In this document: positions 1-9,485 of the stretch, piece by piece
Position numbering within the stretch: position 1 is the stretch's first letter
Layout of the letters: each line of letters opens with the position of its first letter
Assembly: GCA_963169765.1 (NCBI GenBank)
Contig: CAUJEN010000184.1
Span: forward strand, 16,468 to 80,467
From: Vulcanimicrobiota bacterium
GTDB taxonomy: Bacteria > Vulcanimicrobiota > Xenobia > Xenobiales > QWHO01
Direction of reading: 5' to 3'
Length of the DNA stretch: 64,000 nt
Program-made: the position numbers and the translations under genes
Notes under the pieces: generated by a model
Seen by the model: only the letters and a program-made list of their open reading frames with translations
What the model was told of the DNA's origin: nothing
Database searches by the model: none

Positions 1-12
1 CCTTCGGCGGAA

Positions 13-1401
13 TTGCTTGAGCGAATCGGCGACCTCGAGTCGCGCCTGAAAAACCTGGATCTGCTCGAGAAGCTCGAGAGCCGCGTCAAAGAGCTTGAGG
101 TCGAGCGCTTCGATAGCCTGGAGAGCAAGCTCAAGAAAATCGAGCGCGAGAGGCTCGATGAGCTGGACAACAAGCTAGCGGCCATGGCCGGCTTGATCTC
201 CCAGATCAAAGCCAGCGAGCCGGCGGCAGCGGCAGCGCCCCCGACCCCGGCTGACGGCGCCGACAAGCTGGCCCCTCCCGCCGATCTCGATTTCTCTCTC
301 GACGACTTGCTCTACGTCGTGCTCAAGCACGAGGCCAGCGAGCTTTTATTGAAGACGGGCTCACCTTCGGTCGCCCGCCTGCATGGCCAGTGGGTACCCA
401 TCGGCGATCACATTCTGCGCCCCGAAGACTGCCGCTCGCTGATCTTGAATGCCATGCCGGCCGAGCATCGCAAGCTCTTGCTCGATCGCAAGGATGTGAC
501 CGTGGCCTGCAGTGCACTGGGCGTGCGTTTCCGGTTGGACGCCTACCTGCAGCGCGGCAGCGTTTGTGGCGTCTTCAAGCCTCTGGCGGCCCGCGTGCCT
601 GCCCTGGCCGACCTGGGCCTGCCGGTGCTGCTCGAGCAGCTGGCCGGACACCGCGACGGCCTCATCCTGGTGGCCGGTCCCCCCCAGAGCGGCAAGACCA
701 CCACCCTGGCCTCGCTGGTCGATTCCATCAATGCCACCCGTCGGATCCAGATCTTCACCATCGAGGATCCGATCGAGTACTACCACCAGGACAAGAAGAG
801 CGTGGTCAGCCAGCGCGAGGTTGGCACCGACGCCAACAGTTTTGCCGATGCGCTCAACCACGCCCTGCGCCAGCAGGCCGATGTGGTGGCCCTCAGCGAG
901 CTGCGCGATGCCGAGACGATGTATGCCTCGCTGGTCGCCGCCGAAAGTGGCCACCTGGTCCTCTCGAGTCTGGCCTCGCCTACCACCGTGGGGGCCATTG
1001 AGTGGATCCTGAACTCCTTCGAGGGTGCCGCTCGAGAGACCGTCCAGATATTGCTCGCTTCCACTCTGAGGGCCGTCATCTCGCTGCGCATGCTGCCTCG
1101 AGCCGACGGCAAGGGCAACGTGGTTGCCACTGAAATCCTGGTGGTCAACGACCTGGTGCGCAACTACCTGGCTGAGGGGATGGTCAACCTGCTCGGGCCC
1201 CTGCTCGAGGCCGGCTCTTCCGAGCACCTGCATCCCTTCCGTGAATCCATCGCTCGCCTTCAAGACGTGGGTTTGGTGGCCCGCGAGGGCGCTCCGCGGG
1301 TGGCCGCCGTCGAGCCTTCGGTGGAGGCGGCCGAGCCTCAGGTCTCTCAGCTGAAGTTGGAAGAGGCTCGCATCGACGATACCATGATGGGATGGCTCTG
1401 A
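13..1401 (+). CDS. PilT/PilU-family (type IV pilus retraction-like) ATPase with ~100-aa N-terminal coiled-coil extension; reading frame is open to window position 1, so the 5' end may be partial
   Basis: Walker A GPPQSGKTT, PilT-type motifs IEDPIEY and His-box HLVLSSL, PilT N-domain LDDLLYVVLKHEASELLL; N-term LExxLKxLE heptad-like repeats; first codon in track is TTG at 13. Confidence 0.8.
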   Translation: MLERIGDLESRLKNLDLLEKLESRVKELEVERFDSLESKLKKIERERLDELDNKLAAMAGLISQIKASEPAAAAAPPTPADGADKLAPPADLDFSLDDLLYVVLKHEASELLLKTGSPSVARLHGQWVPIGDHILRPEDCRSLILNAMPAEHRKLLLDRKDVTVACSALGVRFRLDAYLQRGSVCGVFKPLAARVPALADLGLPVLLEQLAGHRDGLILVAGPPQSGKTTTLASLVDSINATRRIQIFTIEDPIEYYHQDKKSVVSQREVGTDANSFADALNHALRQQADVVALSELRDAETMYASLVAAESGHLVLSSLASPTTVGAIEWILNSFEGAARETVQILLASTLRAVISLRMLPRADGKGNVVATEILVVNDLVRNYLAEGMVNLLGPLLEAGSSEHLHPFRESIARLQDVGLVAREGAPRVAAVEPSVEAAEPQVSQLKLEEARIDDTMMGWL

Positions 1402-1877
1402 GCCTCCGCTTCCTGCTCGTCGTGGTGCTGGCCAGCTCATTGCTGGCTCAGGCCCCTGGGCCCGACCCGCGCGTCGAGGCGGTCCTCAAGAAGCTGGAAT
1501 GGTCTTACAAGACCGACGAGGATGGTGACTACCAGCTGGTCATGCAGACCGAAGGGGAACGCACCCAGTTGCTGGTCGTTCGCTCCAGGACCTTCAGCGT
1601 GGGCAACTTCGAGATGCGTGAGATATGGTCGGCGGCCGGGATTTACGAGGCGGAGGTTCCCGCCGAGGCGGCTCGCACCTTACTCGATGACAGCCTGCAG
1701 ACAAAACTGGGCAGTTGGGCCATCTTGCCTCAGTCCGAGGGCACCAAGCAGCTGGTGCTTTACGTTTCCCGCATTCCAGCCGACGCCGACCTGGAGACCT
1801 TCTCCGCCTTTGCCGAAGGGGTCGCCCAGGAGGCGGACAGCTTCGAGGCGGAGCTGACCGGCAAGGATGATTACTGA
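1392..1877 (+). CDS. Secreted YbjN-like (putative sensory-transduction/chaperone-like) domain protein
   Basis: N-terminal signal peptide MALSLRFLLVVVLASSLLAQA; YbjN-fold-like alternating pattern; 10-bp overlap with upstream PilT-like gene suggests translational coupling. Confidence 0.5.
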   Translation: MALSLRFLLVVVLASSLLAQAPGPDPRVEAVLKKLEWSYKTDEDGDYQLVMQTEGERTQLLVVRSRTFSVGNFEMREIWSAAGIYEAEVPAEAARTLLDDSLQTKLGSWAILPQSEGTKQLVLYVSRIPADADLETFSAFAEGVAQEADSFEAELTGKDDY

Positions 1878-1946
1878 TCCCCCGGTTCGCAGTTCGGGTG
1901 GGTTCCGGCAGGGGTAGGGACGAGCTTGCAGGACGAAGGCTCTAAA

Positions 1947-4034
1947 TTAGTTCCAGACCGTGTTGCGCTGCTCGGCGGGGCGCACCATCGGCTCGCCTTC
2001 CTGCAGCCCGAAGGCCCGGTGGAACGGCTCGAAGTTGGCCAGCGTGCCGTTGACCCGGAACTTGGGTAGCGGATGGGGATCGGTCTGCATGATCAGCCGC
2101 GCGTACTCGGGTCGCATGTTGGTGGCCCACGACTTGGCAAAGCTCAGGAAGAAGCGCTGGTCGTCGCTGAATCCGTCAGGGGAGGGGCGGGGGGCTTTGC
2201 CTTCCGAGGCCAGCTTGTAGGCCTCGTAGGCCAGCTCCAGACCGCCCAGGTCGGCCAGGGCCTCGCCCAGCACCAGGTTGCCGTCGCATGGGATGCCGTC
2301 GTAGGAGAACTCGCTGAACTGGCGGGCCACCCCGGCGGTGCGCTGGTGGAAGCGGGACAGATCCTCCTCGGTCCACCAGTTGCTCAGGTTGCCCCGGGCG
2401 TCGAACTGGGCGCCCTCGTCATCGAACCCGTGCCCGATCTCGTGCCCGATGACCGCCCCGATGGCCCCGTAGTTGGTGGCGTCGTCGGCCCTGACGTCGA
2501 AGTAGGATCCGGCCAGAATGCCGGCCGGGAAAACGATCTCATTGGCCACAGGCTGGTAATAGGCGTTGATGGTCGGAGGCGTCATCTCCCAGCGGGTCCG
2601 GTCCACCGGCTCTCCGACGCTGGCCAGGCGTTTCTCCACCGCAAAGCGACTGGCGGCCAGCACGTTGTCGGCGTAGACCCCGCGCTCGATGCTCAAGCCG
2701 GTGTAGTCGGTCCATTTGTCCGGGTAGCCGATCTTCTCGGTGAACGAGTCCAGCTTCTCAAGGGCGCGCTGGCGGGTCTCCTCGGTCATCCAGGGCAACC
2801 GCTCGAGCTTGTCCTCCAGCACCAGCTTGACGTTCTTCACCATGGCCAGCACTTTCGTCTTGGCCTCGGGCGGGAAGTGGCGCTCGACGTACTTCTGGCC
2901 CAGCGCCTCCCCCAGGCCCTCGTCCACCGCCTGAAGCACCCGCTTGAAGCGTGGGGGAGCCGCCTTGAGACCCTTCATCTGCTTGCCCTTGAACTCGAAG
3001 TTCTGATCCTCGAAAGCTGAGGAGAGGTAGGGCGCGGTAGCATTCAGCGTCTGCCACTTCAAGTAGGTCTTCCAGTCCTCCAGAGGCACCTGTTTGAGCG
3101 TCTCCTCCAGCTTGCTGAAGAAGCCTGGGGTGGCCACATTGAGCGAGTCCACGTCCGGGCGACCCAGGCCGGCGAAGTAACCGTCCCAGTCCAGGCTGGG
3201 GGTGAGCGCCGCCAGATCGCTCCGGGTCATGGGGTTGTAGAGGGCGTTCGGGTCGCGCATCTCGGCACGAGACAGAGAGCCCTCGGCCAGGCGGGTCTCC
3301 ACCGCCAGCACTCGGTCGGCCGCGCTCGGGTCCTGGCCCATCAGCTCGAACATGCGAGCCACGTGGCCGCGGTAGGCCTCGCGGATGCGCGCCTTGTCCT
3401 CGTCTTTCTCGGTGTAGTACTCGCGGTCGGGCAGGCCCAGGCCGCCCTGGAAGGCCTCGGCGATGACCCGGGTGCTGTCTTTGACGTCCACCGAGGCCCC
3501 GAAGCTGAAGAGCCCGGGGATGCCGTGGCGGTGAAGCTCGGCGGCGGCGCCGGTCAGCTCGCTCAGGCTGCCAGCGGCGTCAATGCGAGCGAAGAAAGGC
3601 TGGAGCGGGGTGAGGCCGGCCTCCTCGATGCGGACCGTGTCCATGCCCGAGGCGTAGAAGTCGCCCAACTTCTGCTCGTTGGAGCCGGGCGGGCCCGAGC
3701 GCACCGAAAGCTCTTCGATCAGCGCTTTCAGGTTGGCTTCTACCTGCTGGCCCAGCACCTGGTCCACGCCGAAACGGGCCTGATCGTCGGGTATGGGGTG
3801 GCGGGCCAGATAGCCGCCCACGGCATGCTCGAAGAAGTCGTCGCCGGGCCTGATGGCCGGGTTGAGATCGGAGCGATCCACCCCCGTGAAGGTGGGTTGC
3901 GCGAACAACCGCGGCCTGATCAAGCCGCTGTCCAGGGCCGTGCCCGGCGTGAACCGGTCGCGGCAGCTGCTGCAGGAGTGCCGGGGCAGAGTGCTCAGTC
4001 GATGGGTGGATATCGTGGTTTCAGGGACCCGCAT
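1947..4034 (-). CDS. M13 family zinc metallopeptidase (PepO/neprilysin-like endopeptidase)
   Basis: HEIGHGFDDEG zincin motif, NAYY, GENIAD-like ENxADxGG (GEALADLGG), C-terminal PxVWN tail; 695 aa typical of M13; N-terminus has no clear signal peptide so start uncertain. Confidence 0.85.
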   Translation of the reverse strand: MRVPETTISTHRLSTLPRHSCSSCRDRFTPGTALDSGLIRPRLFAQPTFTGVDRSDLNPAIRPGDDFFEHAVGGYLARHPIPDDQARFGVDQVLGQQVEANLKALIEELSVRSGPPGSNEQKLGDFYASGMDTVRIEEAGLTPLQPFFARIDAAGSLSELTGAAAELHRHGIPGLFSFGASVDVKDSTRVIAEAFQGGLGLPDREYYTEKDEDKARIREAYRGHVARMFELMGQDPSAADRVLAVETRLAEGSLSRAEMRDPNALYNPMTRSDLAALTPSLDWDGYFAGLGRPDVDSLNVATPGFFSKLEETLKQVPLEDWKTYLKWQTLNATAPYLSSAFEDQNFEFKGKQMKGLKAAPPRFKRVLQAVDEGLGEALGQKYVERHFPPEAKTKVLAMVKNVKLVLEDKLERLPWMTEETRQRALEKLDSFTEKIGYPDKWTDYTGLSIERGVYADNVLAASRFAVEKRLASVGEPVDRTRWEMTPPTINAYYQPVANEIVFPAGILAGSYFDVRADDATNYGAIGAVIGHEIGHGFDDEGAQFDARGNLSNWWTEEDLSRFHQRTAGVARQFSEFSYDGIPCDGNLVLGEALADLGGLELAYEAYKLASEGKAPRPSPDGFSDDQRFFLSFAKSWATNMRPEYARLIMQTDPHPLPKFRVNGTLANFEPFHRAFGLQEGEPMVRPAEQRNTVWN

Positions 4035-4797
4035 GCTCGGTCTTCTTCTCCTCGCGAAAGATGTCTTTGAACTTCTCCCAGAGATCGTGCAGTTTTCGTT
4101 TGTGGTTGAGCCGCCAGTCGTTGAGCGCCTCGCGGTGCTGGTAGATGGTGCGCACGCTGGCCAGGGCCCCGTTGGCCACCAGGGCTGGCACCTGAAACGG
4201 CCCCGGAACGGTCAGGGTGGCAAAGGCGGCCGCCCCCATGCCGGCCTCCAGCATGCCTACGATCTTGTCTTCCCGGTTGCCCTCGCGGATGCCGCGGTGC
4301 ATCTTGACCAGCCCCGAGCTCAGGTTGAGCCCGCCGTGGATCAGACCGCAGGCGATGCCTACTCCCCCCGGCGTGAGCTGGCCGGTGTGCAGCGAGTTCC
4401 AGGTCAGGGCTCCGGCGTATCCTCCGCGGGCCACCTCGCCCAGCCCCGAGAGCACGCTGGCCGGGTCTTTCTTCTTGACGCCATCGATTGTCTCCAGCAC
4501 CCCGGCCGCCCCCAGGGCAACCGTACCGACCACCCCCCCCATGGTGGCGGTCAGCCCGATGAGCGGGATCAGGGTGTCGAAGATGGCGAACTTGAGGAAG
4601 CTGGGGATAAAGAGCAGAGCTCTGGGAATGCGCGCGATCGTGTTGGCCGCATTGCCGATGCGACGGGCCCACTTCTCTTTGGGGTCCTCGTCCTCTTCGG
4701 GCGGCTTCTTCTTCTTCTTCTTGTCTTTCTCCAGCGCGGTGGCCGCCAGGGGCGAGCGCACGCTGGGAAAGCCAGCATATGCCTGGCCTACCTGCAC
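4021..4797 (-). CDS. Hypothetical membrane protein with lysine-rich N-terminus
   Basis: Protein-like composition, KKKKKK tract, 3-4 hydrophobic helices (LLFIPSFLKFAIFDTLIPLIGL, AAFATLTVPGPFQVPALVA); overlaps M13 peptidase start by 14 bp. Confidence 0.45.
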   Translation of the reverse strand: MQVGQAYAGFPSVRSPLAATALEKDKKKKKKPPEEDEDPKEKWARRIGNAANTIARIPRALLFIPSFLKFAIFDTLIPLIGLTATMGGVVGTVALGAAGVLETIDGVKKKDPASVLSGLGEVARGGYAGALTWNSLHTGQLTPGGVGIACGLIHGGLNLSSGLVKMHRGIREGNREDKIVGMLEAGMGAAAFATLTVPGPFQVPALVANGALASVRTIYQHREALNDWRLNHKRKLHDLWEKFKDIFREEKKTEHAGP

Positions 4798-5080
4798 CTT
4801 TTCAGTCTACGCTGAGGGTCTGAAAGGATTCTTACGGCCAGGCCCTGACGGGTTTGAGTTGCGCTATTCCGGGGCCTCTCTGCATCAGAGTCGTTGGAGC
4901 GGCACGCGCGCGTTGAACGCTTCAGGAGTTGGCGCGGCGCCGTTCAACAGGAATCCCGCGCGTTCTGATTCTGAGCTGGTCAACGCGCGGGAGTGTAGCT
5001 GGGAACGCAGCGAGGGGGGAGCTCGTCTCGTCCCAGTGCTCTGGTGTCGCCTCCAGGAGTCAGGTATCAGCCAACCCGGC

Positions 5081-6199
5081 TCAGCCGTGGCGTCGGGCCA
5101 GTCGATTGCGGGCGGCCGCCTGGATCAGACCTTCCTCGAGCTGGGGGTGGGGATAGGCCCTCTCGAACCCGGCGCGCAGACGGCGGGCGAACCCTTCGGC
5201 CCATTCGCGTCGCCGGGAGAGCTCCCGGCTCCCACGGATCGAGAATCCGGTCAGGTCGGTAGGCAGGTCGTCGGCTCCGAGCATCACCTCGCCGGCGATC
5301 AGGCCGGTCCAGCCTGTCAGGGTCTGGATCAGCACGCCCCGCCGGATCAGGTGGAGCTGGGCGGGCAGGATCGGGTCGACGTACAGCCCCCCGGCGGCGC
5401 CATAAGCGGTATCGATGTGGCTGAGGGGATCTTGCTGGGCCGAGCGGGGTGCGCCCAGCCGGAACTGGCCGGCGCCCGGTCCTTCCACATCGCGGAGCTC
5501 CCAGGCCAGATGACAACGTCGGATGGCAAAGGTCTGCTGCAGCCCCCTGCTGTGAGAGAGGACGGTGTAGGTGAGATATTTTCCGGGCCAGCTGAGCTGC
5601 CAGCGCGAGGCGCCGCTTTCTTCCCCGAACCAGGGCTCGATGACCTCTCCGTCGACCGTCAGCTTCATGGGAGCAAAACGGGCTTTCTCTTTGAGAAGCA
5701 AACTCTCAGGAAGCTGGCGCTTGAGCCAGCTGCCCCAGCCCAGGGCCCGTCTCGCCGTGATCCGGGTCTCCCGGCTTCCCCCCTGCCTGAGCTCGGCCCG
5801 GTCCGCGCTCAGGTACAGAATCTGCCCCCCGGATTCCAGGACCACCTCCGAACCCGGAAAGCCAAGCACGCTGTTGACCCCGATGGCCAGCTCCGACCAG
5901 GCGGGCTGATCCCCCGACTCGTCCAGGAGGCAGGTGAAAAAGCTTTGCAGCTGGTCGCTCGTCAGAGTTGTGCCGTCGTGCGCAAGGCTCAGAGCCCGCG
6001 GAGACGAGCGAACCTCACACCGGGTGGCTCCCGCCGCCACGGCCGACTGAACCCATTTGAGCGCGAAATAGCAGCGATCAGGAAGCTGGAAGCTGCGCAA
6101 CTTCCCCAGGGCGTGACGCCAGTCGAGCGTAAAGACTCCCGCCGAGTCCAGCGCTCCCTGTCCTCGCAGCTCCTGCAGCACCTGATCCAACTCGTCCAC
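5081..6199 (-). CDS. Hypothetical protein with degenerate GHKL/MutL-like ATPase N-terminal domain (predicted pseudo-ATPase)
   Basis: ALKWVQSAVAAGATRCEV resembles MutL/Hsp90 Bergerat N-box ELVENSLDAGATRIDI but lacks catalytic E/N/D; followed by DGTTL and G-rich GFPGSEVVLESGG segment; 6-bp gap to upstream gene. Confidence 0.35.
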   Translation of the reverse strand: MDELDQVLQELRGQGALDSAGVFTLDWRHALGKLRSFQLPDRCYFALKWVQSAVAAGATRCEVRSSPRALSLAHDGTTLTSDQLQSFFTCLLDESGDQPAWSELAIGVNSVLGFPGSEVVLESGGQILYLSADRAELRQGGSRETRITARRALGWGSWLKRQLPESLLLKEKARFAPMKLTVDGEVIEPWFGEESGASRWQLSWPGKYLTYTVLSHSRGLQQTFAIRRCHLAWELRDVEGPGAGQFRLGAPRSAQQDPLSHIDTAYGAAGGLYVDPILPAQLHLIRRGVLIQTLTGWTGLIAGEVMLGADDLPTDLTGFSIRGSRELSRRREWAEGFARRLRAGFERAYPHPQLEEGLIQAAARNRLARRHG

Positions 6200-6205
6200 A
6201 GGCCG

Positions 6206-7024
6206 TCACTCCGGCTCCCCTGTGGGAGGATAAGGACCCCCGCTCGCAGGCCGGCTCAGCACCAATCCCAACCCGCGCCAGCAGGCTTCCATCTCCCGGT
6301 GCGAGAGACTTCGCTTCCCATCCAGCGGATCGCCCACCACCAATCGTTCCGGGCTCACCTCCAGCACGGCCACGTAGTGATCGACGAAGGGCCCCAGGCG
6401 CACGACCGCGAGCGAATGGACCGGCAGCTCACTGGCCCGGGTGAAGCGGCGAAACTCGCACCGGACCTCGGGATGAAGCCGCGTCAGGCCCTCAGCCAGC
6501 TGATCGCAGGGTGTCCCCGTGGCCGGGCAGGTGCCGCATTCCAGCGCCAGAGCCCGCTCGTCTGCTTTCACCCCGAGGCCCTTGAGTGCCGTGACGGCAG
6601 CCGCCGGTCCGCAGGTGTAGCTGGTGCTCTGGCGGCAGACCTCGTCGCGGTCGAAGCTAGTCTGCAAAGCCTCGATCTGCGAGCGGGACAGGGCGGGGCT
6701 CAGGAAGGGATAGACTCCCGCGTAACCCGCCAGAATCACCGTGAGAATGACCACCGCCCTGCGGTTGCGAGCCGATGGCACTCGCGTGAGCGGCGCGATC
6801 AGCAGCACCGCGATCGAGAGAGCGAGCAGCACGAACTCGCGCCGACCGGCCATGAGGATCGTCCAGGGCGGCTCGAAGTCGGAGTTGGTCTGGCGCACCC
6901 AGCCGATGGTCAGGATGAGCGCCAGGGGCCCGAGATAGCCGGCCAGCCAGAACCGGGTCCGGCCCAGCCGGTAGGCCGCCAGAGCGCAGGCCAGGGTTGC
7001 CAGGGTCACGAGCAGCGCCAGCAT
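6206..7024 (-). CDS. Membrane protein with C-terminal peptidase C39-like (papain-fold, double-glycine-peptidase-like) domain
   Basis: 4 N-terminal TM helices then QSTSYTCGPAAAVTALKGLG (Cys motif of C39 family) and downstream His/Asp region VDHYVAVLEV...GDPLDG. Confidence 0.5.
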   Translation of the reverse strand: MLALLVTLATLACALAAYRLGRTRFWLAGYLGPLALILTIGWVRQTNSDFEPPWTILMAGRREFVLLALSIAVLLIAPLTRVPSARNRRAVVILTVILAGYAGVYPFLSPALSRSQIEALQTSFDRDEVCRQSTSYTCGPAAAVTALKGLGVKADERALALECGTCPATGTPCDQLAEGLTRLHPEVRCEFRRFTRASELPVHSLAVVRLGPFVDHYVAVLEVSPERLVVGDPLDGKRSLSHREMEACWRGLGLVLSRPASGGPYPPTGEPE

Positions 7025-7073
7025 GGTGGCAAAGTTGGCCAGAATCGTCGGTGAACCTCCACCCCACGGCCGA

Positions 7074-9422
7074 TTATTCGATCACCAGCAGCGACGCCTT
7101 GACCTGGTCGCGCCCGATGCGCTCGTCCACCTCGCGGCAGCGCTCGCCCAGCACCGGCGGCAGTCCGGGAGCCCGCGACCACTGCCTGGCCATGTCCAGC
7201 GTGCGGCGCAGGGCGCGCACCACGTCGCCCTCGTCCATGCCGGCCCGGTCGCGCACCTCCTCCCAACTCGCCCCCTCGGCCCAGGCCTCGGCCAGGCCCG
7301 AGAAGACCGGGTTGACCATGGCCGGCACCTCCACCTCGAAGCGCTTCTGCCAGCGCAGCACCGCCTCGGCTACCTTCTGCACCTCACCCACGGCCCGGCG
7401 GGCCGGTGTGGACGGAGCCAGCCGGATGCCCGGCACCTGGCGCGTGTCCTCGGTCAACAGTGCGGTCATCACCGCCGCCAGCTGGGCGGCGTTGAGGCGC
7501 TCGAGAATGCCCGAGCGGGCCACCTCGGTCAAGAGCACCACGTTGGTGCCGCGCAGGTAGGCGGCCAGCAGGCCGAGCTCGGTTGGCCTGTCGTCTTGCA
7601 TGTAGCCCAGCGCCTCGAGCAAGTCCTTAAGGCGGGTGAACTGCTTCCAGTAGGGCGTCTCCACCCGCCGAGCCAGCTTCCCCAGGTCGCCCTTCTCGCG
7701 GGTCAGCTCGGCCAGCATGGCGTGGTTGTGCCCGCAGGGACGCCGAACCGGGCACTCGTGGCAGGGGGTGCGCTCCATCATTCCCCGCACGTCTTGCTTC
7801 TGGTCCTTGAGCTGGGCGATGGCTTCCTTGAGGCCGCGATTTCCCGGGCGCATCCCCCGGCTCATGGCCTCGATCTGACGGTGCAGGCTGCGCTCCTTGT
7901 CCTTGAGCTTGTGATAGGCGGGAAGGTCGCCGGGACGCTCGGGGCAGAGCGGGCGCGACAGCTCCTCCACGCGCTTTGCCAGGCTCTGCGAGCGGGTGCC
8001 CAGCGAGCCCTTGACCCGCTCGGCCAGGAACTGGCCGAAGGAGCGCTCCACCAGCTGGCGACACTCTTCCAGCGAGTGGTGCTGCAACAAATTGAGCACC
8101 ATCCCGTAGCTGGGAGTGAAGCGCGACAGCAGGGGATCGGCCTCGGCCCGGGCCAGCTTGGCCGCCTCCTCGACTCGTTCCATGGGATGGTGCACCACCA
8201 CCACGTGGCCGACCGTGTCCATCCCGCGCCGGCCGGCTCGGCCCGACATCTGCAAAAACTCGCTGGCGGTCATGGGCCGGTGGCCCTCGTCGGAATACTT
8301 GCTGATGGCCGAGATGACGGTGGTGCGGGCGGGCATGTTGATGCCCGCGGCCAGGGTCTCGGTGGCGAACACGCACTTGATCAGGCCCTGCTGGAAGAGT
8401 CGCTCCACCAGCGACTTCCAGGGGGGGAGCAACCCGGCGTGGTGGGCCGCCAGGCCCTGGCGCAGGTAGGGGAGGTGGGGATGATCGATCAAGAAGGGGT
8501 TATCGCGCAGGAAGTCCTTGAGCGAGGCTTTGATGGCATCGGCCTCGGCCAGGGTCAGGGTGACCGCGCCCTGAGAGGCGCGCAGGGCCAGCTCGCACCC
8601 CCGGCGCGAGAAGACGAAGTAGATGGCCGGCAGCATCTCACGCTCGGCCAGGGCTCGCACCACGTTCTCAGGGCTGACCTTCTCGGGGCGGTCCTCCTTC
8701 TTGGGCTTGCGAAAGCCGTCTCGCTTGGGAGGGGGAGAGATCTGGCGCAGGGCCGGATTGAGCGAGCCCGACTCGCTCAGGAGCGGCTTGAGCGACTTGA
8801 AGTAGTAGTAGAACTTCAGGGGAACCGGGCGATAGTCGCTCTGGATCAGGCGGGTGGGGGCGTGGGTGGCCGAGATCCAGTCCACCAGGTCGGGGGCGTT
8901 GGCCACCGTAGCCGACAGAGCCACCAGCTGGATCTCGCGCGGGCAGTAGATGATCGACTCCTCCCACACGGTGCCCCGCTCGACGTCGTTCATGTAGTGG
9001 CATTCGTCCAGGATCACCGAGACCACGCCCTGCAGGTTGGCGTGCACATCGCCCAGGATGGTGCCATAGAGCATGTTGCGGAAGACCTCGGTGGTCATCA
9101 CCACGATTTGGGCATCGCGGCGCACCGAGATGTCCCCGGTCAACAGGCCCACCTGGTCTTCTCCGAACAGCTGCTGCAGGTCGTGGAACTTCTGGTTGGA
9201 GAGCGCCTTCAGGGGCGTGGTGTAGAAGCAGCGCAGCTGGCGCTGGTGGGCCCGGTGCAGAGCATACTCGGCGATGGCCGTCTTGCCCGAGCCGGTGGGA
9301 GCGCACACGACCACGTTCTCGCCGGCCGCAATGGACTCCATGGCCTCTACCTGGAAGTCGTCCAGAGGGAACGGAAAGAGGCGCGCGATGTCGGGCGAGG
9401 GCGCCCTGGGGGCTGCGGGCAT
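7074..9422 (-). CDS. Ski2-like DEAD/DEAH-box RNA helicase (HelY/Mtr4-like), start at ATG 9422 (MPAAPRAP...)
   Basis: Motif I CAPTGSGKT, motif II DECHY, motif III SAT, QxxGRAGRRG motif VI, C-terminal DSHCT-like region; track ORF extends to 10538 only by reading antisense through the neighbouring gene. Confidence 0.85.
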   Translation of the reverse strand: MPAAPRAPSPDIARLFPFPLDDFQVEAMESIAAGENVVVCAPTGSGKTAIAEYALHRAHQRQLRCFYTTPLKALSNQKFHDLQQLFGEDQVGLLTGDISVRRDAQIVVMTTEVFRNMLYGTILGDVHANLQGVVSVILDECHYMNDVERGTVWEESIIYCPREIQLVALSATVANAPDLVDWISATHAPTRLIQSDYRPVPLKFYYYFKSLKPLLSESGSLNPALRQISPPPKRDGFRKPKKEDRPEKVSPENVVRALAEREMLPAIYFVFSRRGCELALRASQGAVTLTLAEADAIKASLKDFLRDNPFLIDHPHLPYLRQGLAAHHAGLLPPWKSLVERLFQQGLIKCVFATETLAAGINMPARTTVISAISKYSDEGHRPMTASEFLQMSGRAGRRGMDTVGHVVVVHHPMERVEEAAKLARAEADPLLSRFTPSYGMVLNLLQHHSLEECRQLVERSFGQFLAERVKGSLGTRSQSLAKRVEELSRPLCPERPGDLPAYHKLKDKERSLHRQIEAMSRGMRPGNRGLKEAIAQLKDQKQDVRGMMERTPCHECPVRRPCGHNHAMLAELTREKGDLGKLARRVETPYWKQFTRLKDLLEALGYMQDDRPTELGLLAAYLRGTNVVLLTEVARSGILERLNAAQLAAVMTALLTEDTRQVPGIRLAPSTPARRAVGEVQKVAEAVLRWQKRFEVEVPAMVNPVFSGLAEAWAEGASWEEVRDRAGMDEGDVVRALRRTLDMARQWSRAPGLPPVLGERCREVDERIGRDQVKASLLVIE

Positions 9423-9485
9423 TGCCCCGGGGCTTCGCCGCGGGTTACCAGGGTCCCCCCCGGCTGGCAACGAAGGCGAGCCTCC

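Noticed and set aside
4217-7054. 945-aa + strand ORF
   Set aside because: Ala/Arg/Pro/Gly-rich low-complexity translation; antisense to three protein-like minus-strand genes; typical high-GC open-frame artefact
7023-9485. N-terminal 820 aa of the 1132-aa + strand ORF
   Set aside because: Antisense to the Ski2-like helicase; only the last 312 aa (from ATG 9486) show acyltransferase motifs
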